Source: Acholeplasmataceae bacterium
Lineage (GTDB): Bacteria > Bacillota_I > Bacilli_A > Acholeplasmatales > Acholeplasmataceae
Direction: 5' to 3'
Assembly (NCBI GenBank): GCA_963675245.1
Contig: OY775910.1
Span: 928,001-992,000 of the forward strand
Length of the DNA stretch: 64,000 bases
The position numbers and the translations under genes are program-made. Positions 62,124 to 64,000 of the stretch are shown in pieces. Positions within the stretch are counted from its first letter, which is position 1. The number at the start of each line of letters is the position of its first letter. The notes below the pieces were generated by a model. It was not told the origin of the DNA, did not search any database, and saw only the letters and a program-made list of their open reading frames with translations.

Positions 62124-62383
62124 GTCAGGTTTATATGCTGGCAAAACCAAATTGTCCAAATTGCCAAAAACTTAAAATGTTTTTAAAATTTGCTTTACAA
62201 GATAAATATAAAAATGATATACAAATCATTGATAAAGAAGAACATGCTGATCAATATGTTGACATGGTTAAAAAGTTTCAAGTATTATCAGTACCTGTAT
62301 TAATCCATGGGGATGATGTGTTGGTTCAAGTGGATCCATCTAAGGTAACAAACTTTTTAGAAAAATATATCGGTAAAAAATAA
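62120..62383 (+). CDS. nrdH: NrdH-like redoxin
   Basis: CPNC active site, SVP cis-Pro motif; overlaps the nrdF stop. Confidence 0.8.
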   Translation: MSQVYMLAKPNCPNCQKLKMFLKFALQDKYKNDIQIIDKEEHADQYVDMVKKFQVLSVPVLIHGDDVLVQVDPSKVTNFLEKYIGKK

Positions 62384-62411
62384 AAAAAAGCCTAGTGGCT
62401 TTTTTATTTTT
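62383..62411. terminator. Bidirectional terminator after nrdH and after the tRNA 3' fragment
   Basis: AAAAAAAGCC-tagt-GGCTTTTTT. Confidence 0.75.
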
Positions 62412-62415
62412 AATA

Positions 62416-62463
62416 TGGCAGGCCCAGCAGGATTTGAACCTACGGTGAGGGAGTCAAAGCCCC
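62416..62463 (-). repeat. 3' half of tRNA-Gln(TTG); attachment site of an integrated element
   Basis: Reverse complement reads GGGGCTTTGACTCCCTCACCGTAGGTTCAAATCCTGCTGGGCCTGCCA (anticodon loop, T-arm, acceptor 3' strand, CCA); D-arm and 5' acceptor strand are absent. Confidence 0.85.
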
Positions 62464-62475
62464 GATAGGTAGATT

Positions 62476-62501
62476 AAGCACTCAATGATGAGTGCTTTTT
62501 T
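62476..62501 (+). terminator. Intrinsic terminator just inside the att site
   Basis: AAGCACTCA-atga-TGAGTGCTTTTTT. Confidence 0.8.
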
Positions 62502-62511
62502 GTTCTCATGG

Positions 62512-62595
62512 GCCTTAATCACAGCAAAGGGATATAAGACTTCTTTCCTCCCCCCCACAAAAAAAGAATTATTGTTCAGTTGCTGTGATTAAGGC
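62512..62595. repeat. Perfect 16 bp inverted repeat with a 52 nt spacer
   Basis: GCCTTAATCACAGCAA (62512-27) / TTGCTGTGATTAAGGC (62580-95). Confidence 0.9.
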
Positions 62596-62741
62596 TCACC
62601 TCTAGACTTTTTCTCACTATTGGTGAGTCAATAAAAAACGGCTAAAAAATGCGATTTGATAAGGCTCAATAGTTGGTTTCTTTGCCGTTACCATTCTGTT
62701 GAGTCGTATCAAGTCGCTTTTTGCTAAAAAGGAGTTTTATT

Positions 62742-63593
62742 ATGGCTAAGAATGATAATACAAAATATTGGTGGATAAAATTGGAAACAAACTTTTTTTA
62801 TCAAAATGCAATTGACTTTTTAATGTCTCAAAAGAATGGAAGTAATTATGTTGTTTTATATCAAATGTTATGTTTGAATTCTGCGAATACACAAGGTCGA
62901 TTAGAGCAAAAAATAGGCGATATGATAGTCAAATATGATGTTGCCAAAATTCAACGCGACACAAAGTATTTTGATCTTGACACCATTAGAGTAGCTTTAG
63001 AATTATACAAAGGATTAGGGCTTGTTTATGAAGAAAAGGACGGTACACTATTAATCATAAATCATGATGAAATGGTTGGATATAAAACCGGTGGTGCAAT
63101 ACGAAAAGAACTTGCAAGAAAATCAAAGAGGGACAATCTAGGGACAAATGTCCCCAAGAGTATAGAGTTAAGAGATAAGAATAAAGATATTAAAGATAGA
63201 GATTTAATAACACCCCCTAAATCCCCCAAGGGATATGTGAGTGATAATAAACTTAAAGAAAATATCTCTATTCAATCTCAATTTGATTTATTTTGGAAAG
63301 AATATCCAAAACACATAAATAAGCAAGCTTCTTATGAGCAATTTAGAAGTATGAAGTTAGATAATGGTATGTTAACTACGCTAATAGAGAATCTCAATAA
63401 ACAAAAAAAGTCTATTGAGTGGTCGCGTGAACAAGGTAGATTTATACCTTCGCCGCAAAAATATTTAAAAGGTAAGTTATGGGAAGATGAGCTAACTTAT
63501 CAAATAACAGTTGGTCAACTAGGTGTTGATGAAGAAATAGAACGTCAAATGGATAATATATTCAAAAAACTACCATTTGGCAAAGGGGCATGA
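62742..63593 (+). CDS. Phage replisome organizer (replication initiator)
   Basis: KYWWIKLETNFF N-terminus, low-complexity linker with PPKSP, F..FW.EYP...K...W......FIP.P..YL....WED C-domain; AAGGAG SD. Confidence 0.85.
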   Translation: MAKNDNTKYWWIKLETNFFYQNAIDFLMSQKNGSNYVVLYQMLCLNSANTQGRLEQKIGDMIVKYDVAKIQRDTKYFDLDTIRVALELYKGLGLVYEEKDGTLLIINHDEMVGYKTGGAIRKELARKSKRDNLGTNVPKSIELRDKNKDIKDRDLITPPKSPKGYVSDNKLKENISIQSQFDLFWKEYPKHINKQASYEQFRSMKLDNGMLTTLIENLNKQKKSIEWSREQGRFIPSPQKYLKGKLWEDELTYQITVGQLGVDEEIERQMDNIFKKLPFGKGA

Positions 63594-63595
63594 AA

Positions 63596-63784
63596 ATGGG
63601 AAATGATGACATAAAAATTGGAAAAGTTGTGACTCAAAAAGAAACTAATCGAGAAGCTAGAATATATGACATTGATAAAAGTATTAATTATGTGTTTTTG
63701 CTTGTCAACATTGGTTATCAAAATAATGAAGTTGCGACAGTTCAAATAAAAGAATTCTTCGATTATTATGAAACGAGGTCATGA
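63596..63784 (+). CDS. Small hypothetical protein of the integrated element
   Basis: ORF coupled to the rep stop codon; AAGGGG SD. Confidence 0.55.
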   Translation: MGNDDIKIGKVVTQKETNREARIYDIDKSINYVFLLVNIGYQNNEVATVQIKEFFDYYETRS

Positions 63785-63785
63785 T

Positions 63786-64000
63786 ATGTTTGGAAAAGAA
63801 AAAAAGCATACTTTAAGAACGAAAGTAATTACAGTTATTCATTCTGAAATTGTTGGTTTTAATAAAAAAGGTTTAGCAATTACAAAACCTCGAAAACGAA
63901 TGTATACTTTTTATGGCTCATCATTTAAAGATTTAAGGCTAAAGATAATCGCATTTAAAATTGATAATTATTTGAAATATGACACACGATTAAATGCCAA
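63786..64000 (+). CDS. Hypothetical protein, truncated by the window end
   Basis: GAGG SD, ATG at 63786, frame open to 64000 (MFGKEKKHTLRTKV...). Confidence 0.55.
   Translation, partial: MFGKEKKHTLRTKVITVIHSEIVGFNKKGLAITKPRKRMYTFYGSSFKDLRLKIIAFKIDNYLKYDTRLNA

Larger units (their letters stand above)
62416..64000 (+). mobile_element. Left end of a prophage/satellite/integrative element inserted at tRNA-Gln; runs off the window
   Basis: tRNA 3' fragment followed by a phage replisome-organizer gene and small hypothetical ORFs. Confidence 0.75.

Noticed and set aside
62416..62490. Complete tRNA-Gln gene
   Set aside because: No D-arm or 5' acceptor strand; treated as an att fragment
859..63745. 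Numerous 60-125 aa antisense or out-of-frame ORFs inside long genes
   Set aside because: They are shadows of well-supported genes, with no SD or recognisable motifs
1..64000. TGA-as-Trp recoding (code 4)
   Set aside because: Conserved Trp residues use TGG, genes are full length in code 11, and several end at TGA overlapping the next start
1..64000. CRISPR array, cas genes, IS elements, reverse transcriptase or rRNA
   Set aside because: No regularly spaced repeats or recognisable motifs were seen by eye

Overview
AT-rich bacterial chromosomal window read with genetic code 11 (TGA is used as a stop). The gene style suggests a low-GC Bacillota or Mollicutes-like organism such as Izemoplasmatales/Acholeplasmatales; this taxonomy is inference only. 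Almost all genes lie on the + strand. In order: a 2-oxoacid:ferredoxin oxidoreductase-ptb-buk operon; a stand-alone trpB behind a Trp T-box; rlmD; a ~9.4 kb island carrying a WapA-like RHS polymorphic toxin with immunity and orphan toxin modules, flanked by what look like the two halves of a split host gene; a YerC/TrpR-like repressor with a visible operator over an amino-acid ABC promoter; an Arg T-box with two antiterminator/terminator units; several ABC exporters; gndA; tRNA-Pro(CGG); a glycosyltransferase-acyltransferase fusion; a giant lipoprotein; corA; pstSCAB-phoU-phoPR with a Pho box; and a hybrid ribonucleotide reductase cluster nrdI-nrdD-nrdG-nrdE-nrdF-nrdH behind an attenuator-like leader that I cannot assign to a known riboswitch. 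The window ends inside the left end of an element integrated at tRNA-Gln(TTG), with a structured leader before a phage replisome-organizer gene. Best candidates for new biology are the RNR leader plus hybrid operon, the RHS island, and the structured rep leader. All protein family calls come from motif recognition by eye; no database search was run.
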